64,000 nt of DNA, taken from NCBI RefSeq assembly GCF_006345805.1, contig NC_043014.1, forward strand, positions 21,824,001-21,888,000, read 5' to 3'. Positions 35,114 to 48,110 of the stretch are shown piece after piece; position 1 is the stretch's first letter, and the number at the start of each line of letters is the position of its first letter. Origin of the DNA: Octopus sinensis. Its lineage: Eukaryota. The position numbers were made by a program, and so were the translations under genes. Under the pieces are notes generated by a model. The model saw only the letters and a program-made list of their open reading frames with translations. It had not been told where the DNA came from and did no database searches.

Positions 35114-35813
35114 TATGTGTGTATGTATATGTATATATATACAACTGTAAGATCCAGGGATTGAGGTGTAGGAAGAAAGTAAATCTGTAGTAAATATAAA
35201 AAACAACTTTCAGGGACAATAGTGGTTTATTGAGACTGAAGGTTGTGGATTATTTTCGTATTGAAGTACGATAAACTGAAAAAAGTTCTTTTTATATTTC
35301 ACAGGAGGTGATCAGGGTTACATATATATAAGAAAACAAGGTGACAAAGGAATAAATGTATTCCTTTGTTGTTGTCTTATTTTCTTCTTACTACTATGTA
35401 CTCGACTAATGCTTCATTCTGAAACATATGTATGTTGAGTTCTACACTAGGATATTAGGCTTGAAATGCTTCAGTGAAATATATATACAATTAGCTTCTT
35501 TCAGTTTCCATCTACCAAATCCACTCACAAGGCTTTGGTTGGTCCAAGGCTATAGTAGAAAACATATGCCCAAGGTACCATGCAGTGAGACTGAATCTAG
35601 AACCATATAGTTGGGAAGCAAACTTCATACCACACACACCCACACCCTTGTCTAGTCATTTTACTCAACTTATACAATCTATGTGTAATTTGTGTATTTC
35701 TGTAGGTGTGATGGTTACTGCATTGTTGCTATATATTAGTGGATATAGTGTTTTATGGCTCAATTTATTATTTTGTCAGAACACTCATTGTTATTTAGTG
35801 TTTACTTAAGTAT

Positions 35814-36000
35814 TTGTTGTATTTAGGGATGGTCATGTTGATGGTTTAGCCAATAAAACACACACACTCTATATTTGGTGTTAATTTGCTTCAGCTTTAT
35901 TTTATTTTTTAGATTTAATGTAAAAAAAATAACACCAAATGTATAGTGCATGTGTTTTATTGGCTAAACTGGCAACATGACCATCCCTAAATACAACAAT
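35814..36000. repeat. ~70-bp inverted repeat pair
   Basis: ttgttgtatttagggatggtcatgttg...atttggtgtta / taacaccaaat...caacatgaccatccctaaatacaacaa. Confidence 0.85.
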
Positions 36001-36453
36001 ATCTGTTTTCAACACATGATTTCACATCAAGAATCTTGCAAAACAAATATATAAACGTAACAAAGTTTACTGAAGTGTTTCTTTTTTTTTTTTTTTGCAA
36101 CAGATTTCTTTGCATCTGTTGCTTTGGTTGTGGTGGGAAAAAAATCTAAATACTCTTCAGAGTTGTGTCTTTACTAATGACATGTGTATATATTTGCTAT
36201 CTGTATGTATATGTAATCATATTTATTTGTGAGAATAAACCTAGGTACACACATTTAGAACATCAAGTGACACATATATACACATACATGTGACATATAT
36301 ACACATCTAACAAACCAAATGTAGTACACATGTACACGTTTAACATACCAAGTGGTATACATACACACACACACACATATATATACAAATATATATATAT
36401 AATATATATATATATAATTATATATACATATCTATATATATATATGTTTATAT

Positions 36454-36504
<51 letters not shown>

Positions 36505-36532
36505 GCACACACACATATGTATATACATACAC

Positions 36533-36592
<60 letters not shown>

Positions 36593-37059
36593 TAGCTATA
36601 TATATTATATTGTACTATATTATATTATACTATATTTTATGTGGTATTTTCCATCTACTATGTATTGTGAATAGCAGAATGCACATAATCTAATATTGGT
36701 ATTATTAATAATAGTAATAATATTAATAGTTTTGTTAATGTAATGAACTTTGTATATGTACCCCTTGATGTGGATGTATATGTATACTCCAGTATATATA
36801 TTTGATTATCTGTAACCTTATGTGTATGTTACCTTATGTATCTGTAACCTTATGTGTATATTATTATACATATATTTATATATATGTATATACACTTATG
36901 TATATATATATATATTATATATATATATATATACACGCACACACACATATGTATATACATACACATATATATATATATATTATATATATATATATATATT
37001 CTTGTGTATGTGTATTTTGTTTCATATTTATATTTGCATTTTTATAATTGTACTTTATA

Positions 37060-37187
37060 ATCTCTGACGAGGCCTTCAGATATATATATATATGTAACTC
37101 ATTTTTAACTGCATATTACCTCAATACATTTTACTAATATAGGCAGAATGAGATACCTTTATTTACAGGCTGAAACAGCTGTAAGAT
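37060..37187 (+). ncRNA. Hammerhead ribozyme with ~90-nt loop II
   Basis: atct-CTGACGA-ggcct[~90 nt incl. (TA)n]aggct-GAAA-CAGCTG-TA-agat. Confidence 0.65.
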
Positions 37188-37370
37188 CCATTTTATGTAT
37201 ATTATTCTTATGGTATTATTATCTTACATATTGATGTATATTGTTTTGTTTTGTTTGATTTGGATGTTCCTATTTATGTAGTTAATAAATAATATGAATT
37301 GGTAATATCTGTAAGTCGATGATTGGAATGAATCTGTTCCTCCATTTTCTTATTTGTATATATGTTTATA

Positions 37371-38698
37371 TCATCATCATCATCATCATCGTTTAACGTC
37401 CGTTCTCCATGCTAGCATGGGTTGGACGGTTCGACCGGGGATCTGGGAAGCCAGAAGGCTGCACCAGGTTCCAGTCTTATCTGGCAATGTTTCTACAGCT
37501 GGATGCTCTTCCTAACGCCAACCACTCCATGAGTGTAGTGGGTGCTTTTTACGTGCCACCCGCTCAGGTACCAGGCGAGGCTGGCAACGGCCACGGTCGG
37601 ATTGGTGTAATTTACGTGCCACCGGCACGGAAGCCAGTCGAGGCGGCGCTGGCATCGGCCACGATTCGGATAGTGCTTTTTACGTACCACCAGTCCAGGG
37701 GTCCTGGCATCTGCCGGGTGCCAGTCATAGGATTGGTTCAATTTCGATTTTGATTTCGATTTCACTTGCCCCAACATGTCTTCGCAAGCAAAGGGGGTTG
37801 GCATGGGTGCCTGTCGTCGGATGAGGTTCGATATCGACTTCGCTTGCCTCAACAGGTCTTTGTGTCCAAGGGAAGAAAGGCATGCATAAGTGGGCTGGGC
37901 TCACTTGTCCTGCCTGGTCTTCTCACGTACAGCATATTTCCATAGGTCTCGGTCGCTGGTCATTTCCTCAGTGAGGCCTAAAGTTCGAAGGTCGTGCTTC
38001 ACCACCTCGTCCCAGGTTTTCCTGGGTCTACCTCTTCCACGGGTTCCCTCAACTGCTAGGGATTGGCACTTTCTCACACACCTATCTTCATCCATTCTCA
38101 CCACATGACCATACCAGCGCAATCGTCTTTCTTGCACACCACAACTGATGCTTCTTAGGTACAACATTTCTCTCATGGTACTAAAGCTCTGTCGAGTATG
38201 TACACTGACATTACACATCCATCGGAGCATACTGGCTTCATTCCTCGCGAGCTTACGCATGTCCTCAGCAGTCACGGCCCATGTTTCACTGCCTTGTAGC
38301 ATGGTTGTTCGTACACATGCATCATACAGTCTGCCTTTTACTCTGAGCGAGAAGCCTTTAGTCACCAGCAGAGGTAAGAGCTCCCTAAACTTTGCCCAGG
38401 CTATTCTTATTCTAGCAGTTACACTTTCAACGCAGCCACCCCCACTACTGACTTGGTCACCTAGATAACGGAAGCTATCAACTACTTCTAGTTTTTTCCC
38501 CTGGAAAGTGATGGAAGTTGTTTTCTGCAGATTTTCGGAGGTTAATGCTCCCGAGCATCTGCCACATACAAAAACTATCTTCCCAGTTAGCCTGCCTTTG
38601 ACATTGCTGCACCTCTTATGTGTCCATAGCTTACACTGGGTACATCTTATAGAGTTTCTACCTACACCTTTTCTACAGATCGAGCAGGGCCATCTTCC
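37371..38698 (-). mobile_element. 5'-truncated RTE LINE (PHD-like finger, RT C-terminus, 3'UTR)
   Basis: Open frame from WPCSICRKG to EKTRQDK*, with [15 protein letters not shown] and [10 protein letters not shown]. (CAT)n tail. The 5' end abuts (TA)n. Confidence 0.95.
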
Positions 38699-38730
<32 letters not shown>

Positions 38731-38779
38731 GTATATATATATATGTATATATACATATGTGTATATATATATATCTATG

Positions 38780-38837
<58 letters not shown>

Positions 38838-39064
38838 TATATACACATGCATGCACACACACACACAACACACATATCCACACAGATATACACACACACA
38901 TTTAACACACCATATGATATATGATAAGCAGTAAGTTACATATATTAACACACTCACATCTAACACACCACATGATACAAATACACATATGCACACACTG
39001 TACCTATCTATACAGTCAACATCTACATACTGTGTCCATATCTACACATAGTGTTTGTTTGTGT

Positions 39065-40560
39065 CAGAGGTGAGGAACCTTTTTAAATGTAATGGCCACA
39101 TTAAAATCTGTGGCCACTCAATGAAGTTAATCAGTTAATGAGTGCGGCTATTCTCACAGAAATTTAAAATCTTGTTAATGTTATTTAAATTAATAGCTGG
39201 CCGGTAAACAACTAAAACACAAGACATTTTAAGATGAATAATTTATTTACTTATTTCATTTGAGGAATTCTTTCTGAGATTGCTTCTGGTCTGACAGCAC
39301 TGTGAAATTGGCTTCTAAGAGGAAATGGGGTTCAGTTTTAATTGGTTTTCTTTGAGATTCATTGGGCATCTGTGTTCTCGTGTCAAATATGAGTATGTTG
39401 ATTCACACTGGTTTGTTGTACAAAGAACATAAACAGTATACAAGCACATTCACAAAGGTGAGGTTATTCTATCACCTTTATCCAATTTTCAATGGAATCT
39501 TCCTCACAAAAGATTTCTGAATATTATCATCAGAAAACACAATAAACTTAAACTGTAACTCTTCATGTGCCTTTGATACATCATCTAAGTTTGAATAGCT
39601 AGTTTCAAGGTGATATCACATTTTAAAAATCATGGAGCCTGTCATTGAATTCTTTGATTAAGGCGTTTAAAAGTGATTTGCATTATTCACAGGTATAAAG
39701 GCAGCAAGCTGGGCAAAATGTCTAGTGGCATTTCCTCCATTTTAATGTTCTGAGTTCAAATCCTGCCAAAGTTAACTATACTTTTCCTCCTTTTGGCATT
39801 GATAAAATAAGTACCAGTCATACTGGGTTTGATGAAATCAACTTACCCCCTCCCTCAAAATTTCAGGCCTTATGCCTAAAGTAGAAATGATTATTCAGAG
39901 GTATAATCTTAATTTTCATTAATTATTTTTATGAACTGGAGAAAGTGTTCTGAAATTTCCTTCTTGCTCAAAAGGGATTAGGAAAACAACAACTTCTTTC
40001 TAAATATCAAGATTTTTTTGCCACATATCAAATATTTAACAGTGGATTAGTATAATTATTAGAGTATTGGACAAAGTACCATACAGTATATCTTCTGACT
40101 CTTTATGTTTTGAGTTCAAATTCCACTGAAATCAAATTTGCCTTTCATTCTCTTGGAGTTGATAAAAAAAAAAAGCTATAAAACACCAGTTAAATATTGG
40201 GGTTGATGGAATCCCCTTAAAGTTACTGTCATTGAACCTAAATCAATAACCATTATTACCTAGCAATGAAATACTTAATTTATTCTGTTTTAACTTTATA
40301 TCACTTACAAATGCAACATCTTGGTGAAAATTTGTACCTGATAATTAACAATGCTAATTCTTGAAAAGTCAATCATTTTCTCTTGCAATAATTTTCTCTT
40401 GCCTAATGCTTACCTTGCAATAAAGCATTGCACTTTTTGGATGATAAGGTAAAATACACATTAATTATCTTATCACCATCATGAGCATATGTTGAACTGG
40501 AAGTGCCTCATATAATTTTCTTAAATATAGTTCACAATACCTACTTTTTACAAAGTGTCA
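39065..40560 (-). mobile_element. Degenerate hAT (Charlie/Buster-type) transposon, 3' part
   Basis: End cagaggtgaggaacctttt resembles hAT TIRs. Minus-strand remnants LPYH, FRKKLLF, HEELQF and QCESTYSYL (hAT dimerisation region). Interrupted by two SINEs. Confidence 0.55.
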
Positions 40561-41855
40561 TTTAAAATGACAGGTTTGGCACAGAAATTGTTTTGATGCA
40601 GAATACAATGAAAAAAATCAATATATTTGGATCTTAGAGTTTTCTTTTTAATAAAGCAATTAATCCTTTATTTTTTTTCTGGTTATAGATCAAGCATCCA
40701 GTCTACTCACAACTGCTTGTTGAAAAGTCAGTCCCCATATTCTTCACTTAGCTTTTAGCATCAAAACCAACCATACCTGTTTTATGTTCAAACTGGCCAG
40801 ACCCAATATCTCACATCTACCCTACAATGTCATTCTAAAAATAAACAATCACATCATTGAAATCTTAAAGCAATGCAATAATGCATGATTAATTCAAAAG
40901 AATGTAGTTAAATAAGCATTATATTTGACAGAGTAATCTGAATGTTAAAAGGCTAAGAGTAAGTAAAATGAGTAATTCTTCAAATACATGTAAAATCTTT
41001 GGATTATTTTTTGAAGTTGTTAATCTATTACTTTGAGGATTAATTCATACAAATACTCATGTCCATATAGTAGTGCTATTGGAATAAAATCACTGACAGA
41101 TATTTGCCAATTTATTGCTCTCTAATATATATGGCAAATCGTATACTTTGTAATTTGTGATCCAAGTGAAAAATGTCAGCTTATCTGTAGGCTCAGAGTT
41201 GATAAATCCATCAAATTGTGGAGTCTAGATTTAGGCTCATGGTGAAATTAGGCATGATAATTCTCCTTTCTTCATTACTGTATTTCAGGATCGGACATCT
41301 TGGTAGATTCTTGCTAAATATTGTACATCCGGCAATGTTTATTGATATCACCAATAGTCTTTTCCACACTTATTTCCCTTACTTTTACATTAATATATGT
41401 TTCATATTTACAGGTATAAATGATTTATAAAGATGGATATATTCCATTCATGTTACACTTGGCACAATATTTTAACATCAGCCGGTATCTGTTCCATAAG
41501 AGTTCAGTCATTATATTCTTTTATTGTTGTACCTGCTCGGTATTCGTAGCTCTTATATCTTTTATCTTTTTCTTGTTTCAGTTATTAGACTGTGGCCATG
41601 CTGGAGCATCGTCTTAAAGAATTTTTAGACAAATGAATCAACCCCAGTACTTCTTTTTTTTTTCCTTTTTCTTTTCGTTAAACTTGGTATTTATTCTATC
41701 GGTGTCTTTTTGCTGAACCACTAAGTTACAGGGACATAAACACATTACCACTAGTTGTCAAGTAATGTTGAGGACAAACACAGACACAAAGATACACACA
41801 GACACATATATATATGTATATGTAGTGAGTTTTTGAAGTGATGTACAGATATTGT

Positions 41856-42050
41856 ATATTGAGAATAACAAGGTAGTCAGAACGTTGGATGATTATATAC
41901 ATTTTTATTTACATTTTTAGCGCTTTTTTCCATTATCAGATTTGGTAAACCACATTTTTGATAAATTTGATAACAGAAGAAAGTGTTAAAATGTAAATAA
42001 AAATATATATAATCATCCAACATTCTGACTACCTTGTTATTCTCAATATA
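41856..42050. repeat. Inverted-repeat cassette in the (TA)n core of a SINE, with degenerate hammerhead at 41953-41993 (+)
   Basis: ~70-bp arms tatattgagaataacaaggtagtcagaa.... Motif cattt-TTGATAA-a-tttg[ataa]caga-a-GAAA-gtgt-TA-aaatg. The other arm retains palindromic GCGC at stem III. Confidence 0.7.
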
Positions 42051-42894
42051 TATGTATATATGATGGGGTTCTTTCAGTTTCCATCTACCAAATCCACTCA
42101 CAAGGCCTGAGGCTATAGTAGAAGACACTGAACCACATAACCATGCCTGCACCTATATAGGAAAAAAAAAAAAAAGATTCACCTCCAAACATTGCAGAAG
42201 GCCACACTAGGTGACTAAGAAGGCTGCATACAGTCTCAAATTTACAGGTTTCCCCACCTCTGGTCTCTTTGTCAACATTTACGCACTGTATGTATTTTGT
42301 ATTCTGTTAACATATACACAGTGTTTATCCATACAGTTAAACAGCTACATAGCATTACAAACTATGCCAATATTTCTTAGCCTTTTTTTTTCTGTAATTC
42401 TGTCTCCTTTCTTTACTAGTTCACCATCCTCATTTCCCACCTCATATAGTAAAAAAAAAATTAAAATAGTTTTGTATGCAACACAGTATATTCTTTAGTA
42501 TTAACAGCCTTAAATTAATTTATCATTGACTTCTTTGAAATCAACATTAATGAAAATAAATCTAACAAAAACAATATGATTAATGTTAAAGAAGTTTTTA
42601 ACTGAAAAGCAGTTTTGCCACTGGAGTCCTAAAATTTTCACTAGGAATTATGGAGCTATATCTTTAACTTTTCTCTTTTACTTATCATTAGACTGTGGCC
42701 ATGCTGGGACACTACCTTGAGGAATTTTTAGTTGGATGAATCAACCCCAGTACTTATTTTTTGTTAAACCTGGTACTTATTTTATCAGTCACTTTTGCCA
42801 AAGTGCTAAGTTATGAGGACATAAGCACACCAAAACTGGTTGTAAAACAGTAGGGAAGGACAAACTGACACACACACACACACACACACATGTA

Positions 42895-43762
42895 CGAGGT
42901 GGCATCAAAAAGTTTTCAGACTAGTTCTGTAGCATGCTAACAGATGGTAGCCTATGGTTGCACATGCAGTGAGAACTAGCAGTGACCTTCATGAGGCAGT
43001 GCATCAAGTGACATTGCTATGTTTACTTCGTAAGTTGTGAAGTTTGTGTTTTTGTGATCACATCTATGCTGTAGTCTGTGATTTTTGTGTTGGACAGGAA
43101 GTTGGAACAAAGAGCCAACACAAAATTTTACATGAAACTTGGGAAGTCTATTACAGAAACATTGAGCATGCATTGGTAAGATTACAGTGATGAGGAAATA
43201 GGTCGTACACAACATTTCAAGTGGCACAGGTGCTTCAAAAATGGAAGAACATTTTTTTTGAAATCCACAGTATTGTGCATTGAGAATTCACCCCCCCAGG
43301 GCCAGATCATCAATTGAGAGTTCTATTATGATGTTTTGAAGCATCTGAGGGAGGACATTCAGCAAAAGTTACTGGATCAGTGGAGCATGAAGACAATGCA
43401 CCATCACAGAGCTCTCCTCATTTGTGAGTTTCTCGTCAAAAACAACATGGTATCACTTCCACACCCACTCTATTTGCCAGATTTAGCAGCTGCAGACTTC
43501 CGTCTCTTCCCCAAGATGAAAATGCTGCTCAAAGGTCACTATTTTAACACCGTTGTCAAGGTCAAGAGGGAATTGCAGAAGGTCCTCAACTCACTTAGGA
43601 AAAATTACTTCCAGGCTGGATTCCAAAAGTGGCAGGAATACCACTGGGACCAGTGTATTGCTGCACAAGGTCACTATTTTGAAGGTGATTATGTTAAAAC
43701 TTAGATAAATAATTTTTTTTTGTTAAACATAACTGGTCTGGGAACTTTTTGATATCACTTCA
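42895..43762 (+). mobile_element. Internally deleted mariner transposon
   Basis: ~32-bp TIRs cgaggtggcatcaaaaagtt.. / ..aactttttgatatcacttca with flanking TA. LPHPLYLPDLAAADFRLFPKMK and CIAAQGHYFEG. Confidence 0.9.
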
Positions 43763-43769
43763 TATATAT

Positions 43770-44215
43770 GGACTGGTACCAAACTTTGGCATCAAGTACT
43801 ATACAAATGCCCATACAGGTTGCCACTGCATAGTACCAAGGATACCATCCACTGCATCTCACATAGAAACAAGGTATTGCAACAGCCTCGGTTTCAGAGG
43901 ACCTCAGCTCTTTAATGTCCTGCCAAAACAATTGAGAGACCTGCAAGACATAGATGTAAAGGTCTTCAAAACAAAACTTGATACTTTCCAATCCACGATA
44001 CCAGACGAACCAATGGCTCGAAATGAGACAGAGTTGAGGGCAGCAATGTCAAATTCTCTTATACAGCAGATGTGCCATTGAAAGTTTTGATTGAACTACA
44101 TCAGCTGGTGGAGAAGAGTCATGCAAGGAACGTACAAAGAGCACAGCATAAGGAGGGAAAGTCATAGTGGTACTCCAGCACAACTGCAGCCACTTGGTTG
44201 AAACAAATAGAGAGA
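43770..44215 (+). mobile_element. 3' fragment of a CR1-group LINE
   Basis: GLVPNFGI...NSLGFRGPQLFNVLP...FKTKLD...IPDEP. Tail ggtactccagca..gctgcag..tgaaacaa resembles the SINE A tail. Confidence 0.7.
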
Positions 44216-44389
44216 GAGAAAAAAATATATATACATGACAGGCTTCTTCCAGTTTCCATCAACCAAATCCAGTCACAAGGCTTTGATTGGCCCAAGGCTG
44301 TAGTAGAAGATACTTGCCGAAGGTGACATGCAGTGGGAATGAACCTGGAACTATGTGGTTGTAAAGCAAGCTTCTTATGACACACCGAT

Positions 44390-44752
44390 ATAGTCAACAT
44401 TTATATACTGTGTCTATTTAACAGTCAATATCAACATAGTGTGTTTGTCTATACAGTCAATATCTACACAGTTTGTCTAATTTATACAATCAATATGTAC
44501 ACAGTGTTTGTCTAACTAGTTGACATCTACACATAATATTTGTCTATACAGTCAACAAGTACACACTATGTGTATGCAGTCAACATTTACTGCATATCGT
44601 GTACATCTATAAGTAAGCATCTATACACTGTCTATACAGTTAGTATCTTCATGCTGTGTTTGTGTATGTAGTCAATTTGCAGTTGCTATGTCTGTCTATT
44701 CAGTCAACATTTACACACTGTCTCTAGCTTGTCAGTCAACATCTACACACTG
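44390..44752. repeat. Degenerate ~30-bp minisatellite
   Basis: About a dozen copies of (ta)cagtcaacatctacaca.tgt.tgtc. Short related run at 39000-39060. Confidence 0.8.
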
Positions 44753-45722
44753 TGATGTAAGATAATATATATCACTTGATTAACACTGCTCATTATTCAA
44801 ATAAAATGTTATAATTTGAAAAAAAAATATTGATTTTTCTTCTTTTGAAGGAAATTTGATCTTTTGAATTCGGAAAAATCTTTTGTTGTTCAGTTTCTTT
44901 AGAGACATTGCTCTCATTATTAACTTACTTCCACCACCACCACCACCACCACAATTCTACCGCCATCACCAAACCATACCCACAGCCACTACCAACTCAA
45001 ACTTACAATTACCATTATTTCTGCAACCACCACCATCTCCACCACCACTACTATAACCAACATAGAACAGCCACCACCACCACCATAGCACTCCACCTTC
45101 AACCTTGCAACCACAATGTCTGCTGCCTTTGCAGAATCACCACCACATTGATCACCACTATCACTACTGCTTTATAACCACCATAAACAACTGCTGCTGC
45201 CACCACCACCACATCACTACTATCATGACACCACTACCATGCCTCCATCATCACCACCTGAACAAGTATCAAACACCACATCCAGAACCACTTCAACCAC
45301 AAGTATCACCATCATCAACATCATAGCTGCAGTCAACCTATTAGATTGATGACAGCTGGTAAAGCTTCAAATCTAAGTTCACCATCAAATATCACTCTAC
45401 TCCTTCCTTCTTAGCATGACCAAAGAATAGATTTTTTTCCAGCTCTTCTGCTATCTCCTCAACTATAAAACTATCACCACCACTACTAACAACACCACAT
45501 CATCACTTCACAACTAGAGTTAGTTTATTTATGTCCATGTAACTTTGTGGTTCAGCAAAAGACACTGATAGAATATAGTACTAAACTTAAAGATAAACAC
45601 TGGGGCTGGTTTGATCAACAAAATCTTTCAAGACGAGCCCAAGCACAGTAACTAAAACAAGTAAAAGAGAGTATGTCATCACCACCACCATCATCATACA
45701 CATATATATTAATCAGCGAGTA

Positions 45723-46543
45723 CAGGTCTGATCAATAAGTATCCGGACTGTTTTGCACAAAGTTTTAATGTTTTAGCTCACTTCGGCTATTTCCAGTAGT
45801 GCTTGGAAGTAATGTGTGTAATGTGTGATTGTTGCATTGACCATGAAAGAGAAAGTTAAGCAGAGAATCAGCATCAAATTTTGCCAAAAGCTTGCCAATA
45901 CCTGCTCAGAGGCCTACGCAAGGTTTTCAAAAAATTTTCATCATCTTCAACACAATCAAAGAGATCTTGTGGAACTGAAACCCAAGTGTCTTTTTGGTCA
46001 GCTGAAAGCAGATTTGACACAAATTTGGCAGACATGTATCTCATACCCAAATCTTCAGTGATAATGGAATGAACTGAACCATAACTAATCTGCACATCCT
46101 CTGATATCTCACAGATGGTGATTCAATTATTTCCCCTCACAACTGCATGCACATCTGCTATATTTTTCTTAGTTCAGCTGGTTGTGGGTCACCCAGAATG
46201 TTCATCATTATCGGCATTTTTTCAGCCATCTTGGAAATGTCTGAACCACTCATACACTTATGTGCGGCTCATATACTCCTCTCTATACACTTTCTGCAAC
46301 TTTGTGTAACTCTCTGAGCAGATATTGCCATGACAACTTTTTCTGTCATAGTCAATGTGAGGATCTCACATTACACACATTACTTCCAAGCATTGCTGTA
46401 AACAGGGTAAGTGAACTAGAGCGTTTAAACTTAATGTGCATGCCCAGCAGAGGTCAAGGTCAATCTGTGCCAAGCAGCTTCACTTTGCATGCTTTAGCTT
46501 CGTTACTATAGCAACAGTCTGAATACTTATTGACCAGACCTCA
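45723..46543. mobile_element. Mariner derivative made of two converging 5' halves
   Basis: TIRs aggtctgatcaataagtatccggactgtt / aacagtctgaatacttattgaccagacct. The transposase N-terminus reads on + (MKEKVKQRISIKFCQKL) and on - (VYEWFRHF...ISYGSVHSIITEDLGMRYMSAKFV). Confidence 0.85.
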
Positions 46544-46556
46544 TATATCCATTATG

Positions 46557-46645
46557 GCCTATCTTACCGATTGCTTTCACACTAGTTGTTCAATGGAGTG
46601 TTAGATAACAGCTGAGTTATGTAACCATGTGCTTTTCAGAAATGG
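46557..46645 (-). ncRNA. Degenerate hammerhead, left arm of inverted repeat 46544-46772
   Basis: ccattt-CTGAAAA-gcac...gtgt-GAAA-gcaatcgg-TA-agataggc. Confidence 0.5.
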
Positions 46646-46668
46646 TCACCATATTTTATTCCATAACT

Positions 46669-46758
46669 GCCATTTCTGAAGAGCGCAGGGTTACATAACT
46701 GGGCTGTTATCTAACACCCCATTGAACACCTGGCATGAAACCGATTGGTAAGATAGGC
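46669..46758 (+). ncRNA. Hammerhead ribozyme, right arm of inverted repeat 46544-46772
   Basis: gccattt-CTGAAGA-gcgcagg[..]cctggcat-GAAA-ccgattgg-TA-agat(a)ggc. Near-palindromic stem III. Confidence 0.65.
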
Positions 46759-46935
46759 CATAATGGATATATAATACTGTACACTTTGATTGATATACCA
46801 CTCTATGAATTTTTAAACAGCTTAAGCGAAATATCAAATCAATGTATATATATATATATTCATACATTTATATATATTTATATATATTCATATGTTTATA
46901 TGTATATATATATATATATATCATACATTTATATG

Positions 46936-46968
<33 letters not shown>

Positions 46969-47280
46969 TCATACATTTATATGTATATATATATACATAT
47001 ATATATTCATACATTTATATGTATATATATATACATATACATATATATATATACATATATATATACACACACATATACATATATATATATATACACATAT
47101 ACATGTATATACACATGTAAACTCTATTATTCTATTTATTCTTTTATCTACTTTATCACTGATTCCTTTGACCACTCCCCTAAGAATGATAGTTTGCGCC
47201 ATGCCTACCCCAAAAAGTCCCCCACCACCACCCCTTAAACCTGCCTAAGTGTATAAATGCCAAAACTATTCTTGTTACCC

Positions 47281-47331
47281 AGCTTCCTGATGATTTCTTT
47301 TGAATGAAACAGTTCTAGTCCTGTAGAAGCT
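47281..47331 (+). ncRNA. Type-I hammerhead ribozyme, intact core
   Basis: agcttc-CTGATGA-t-ttc[tttt]gaa-t-GAAA-cag[ttctagtc]ctg-TA-gaagct, followed by aataaa and (TA)n. Confidence 0.8.
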
Positions 47332-47346
47332 CCTTCTATAAAATAA

Positions 47347-47434
<88 letters not shown>

Positions 47435-47439
47435 TATAT

Positions 47440-48110
47440 CTATAAGTCAGTAAATGGTGAGGTTGTGTTAACTTCACAAGGAGAAATGATAGGAGAGGAA
47501 AAATTATAATAAGGCAGAATGCTAAATTGAAAGTAAATTTTAATAAAAATGGGTGTATGGAAAATTTTTTTTAAAAATAATAAATCAATCTGGCTTTCAT
47601 TGCAAGGCAAATTTTCAAGATTTGGAAGGGGGGAATAAATTTTTTTTAAATTGAGGAAGGGGAAAAAGAAATTTACGATGTTTTTTTCAAAAAAATAATA
47701 ATATATATATACAAAAATTAATAAATAAGTATACCAATACATTGTAGAGTCTTTATGCTTTTAAAGTGCAATAATAGTCCTTGGCAAAACTTCTTTGGAG
47801 GGTTAGGATGCATGTGTTTACATGTAGTGTATATTTTGAAAGAGTGGGGTGATTGTGTGTCAAAACAGGAAATGGGATAGGAGTTATCCAGTTCCTGTGA
47901 GTAAGGGGAGACAATTCTGTGGATTTTATACTCTTTAATTGGAATGATGGATTTTTTGTCAAACAGGATGCTTATATGAATTTTTTGTCAGAGAGGATAT
48001 TAGAAAAAGGAGTATGGTCACCGTGGAGTTTGCATATTAAGACGCATTTGGAATTTTTCAATAAAAAGATTCTCCTTGTTGATTCTTTCTTGTGTAGAGA
48101 TTCTGTCTTT

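Noticed and set aside
35401-35438. Hammerhead remnant with GAAA-CATATG-TA
   Set aside because: Core (CTAATG) and stem II are too degraded to call.
36263-37067. YI/IY-rich ORFs here and at 38662-38996, 46735-47477 and 51143-51615
   Set aside because: Translations of (TA)n/(CA)n microsatellites.
44908-45326. His/Thr-rich ORFs, and the poly-Val/Leu ORF at 52562-52969
   Set aside because: Low-complexity trinucleotide repeats with no splice or domain support.
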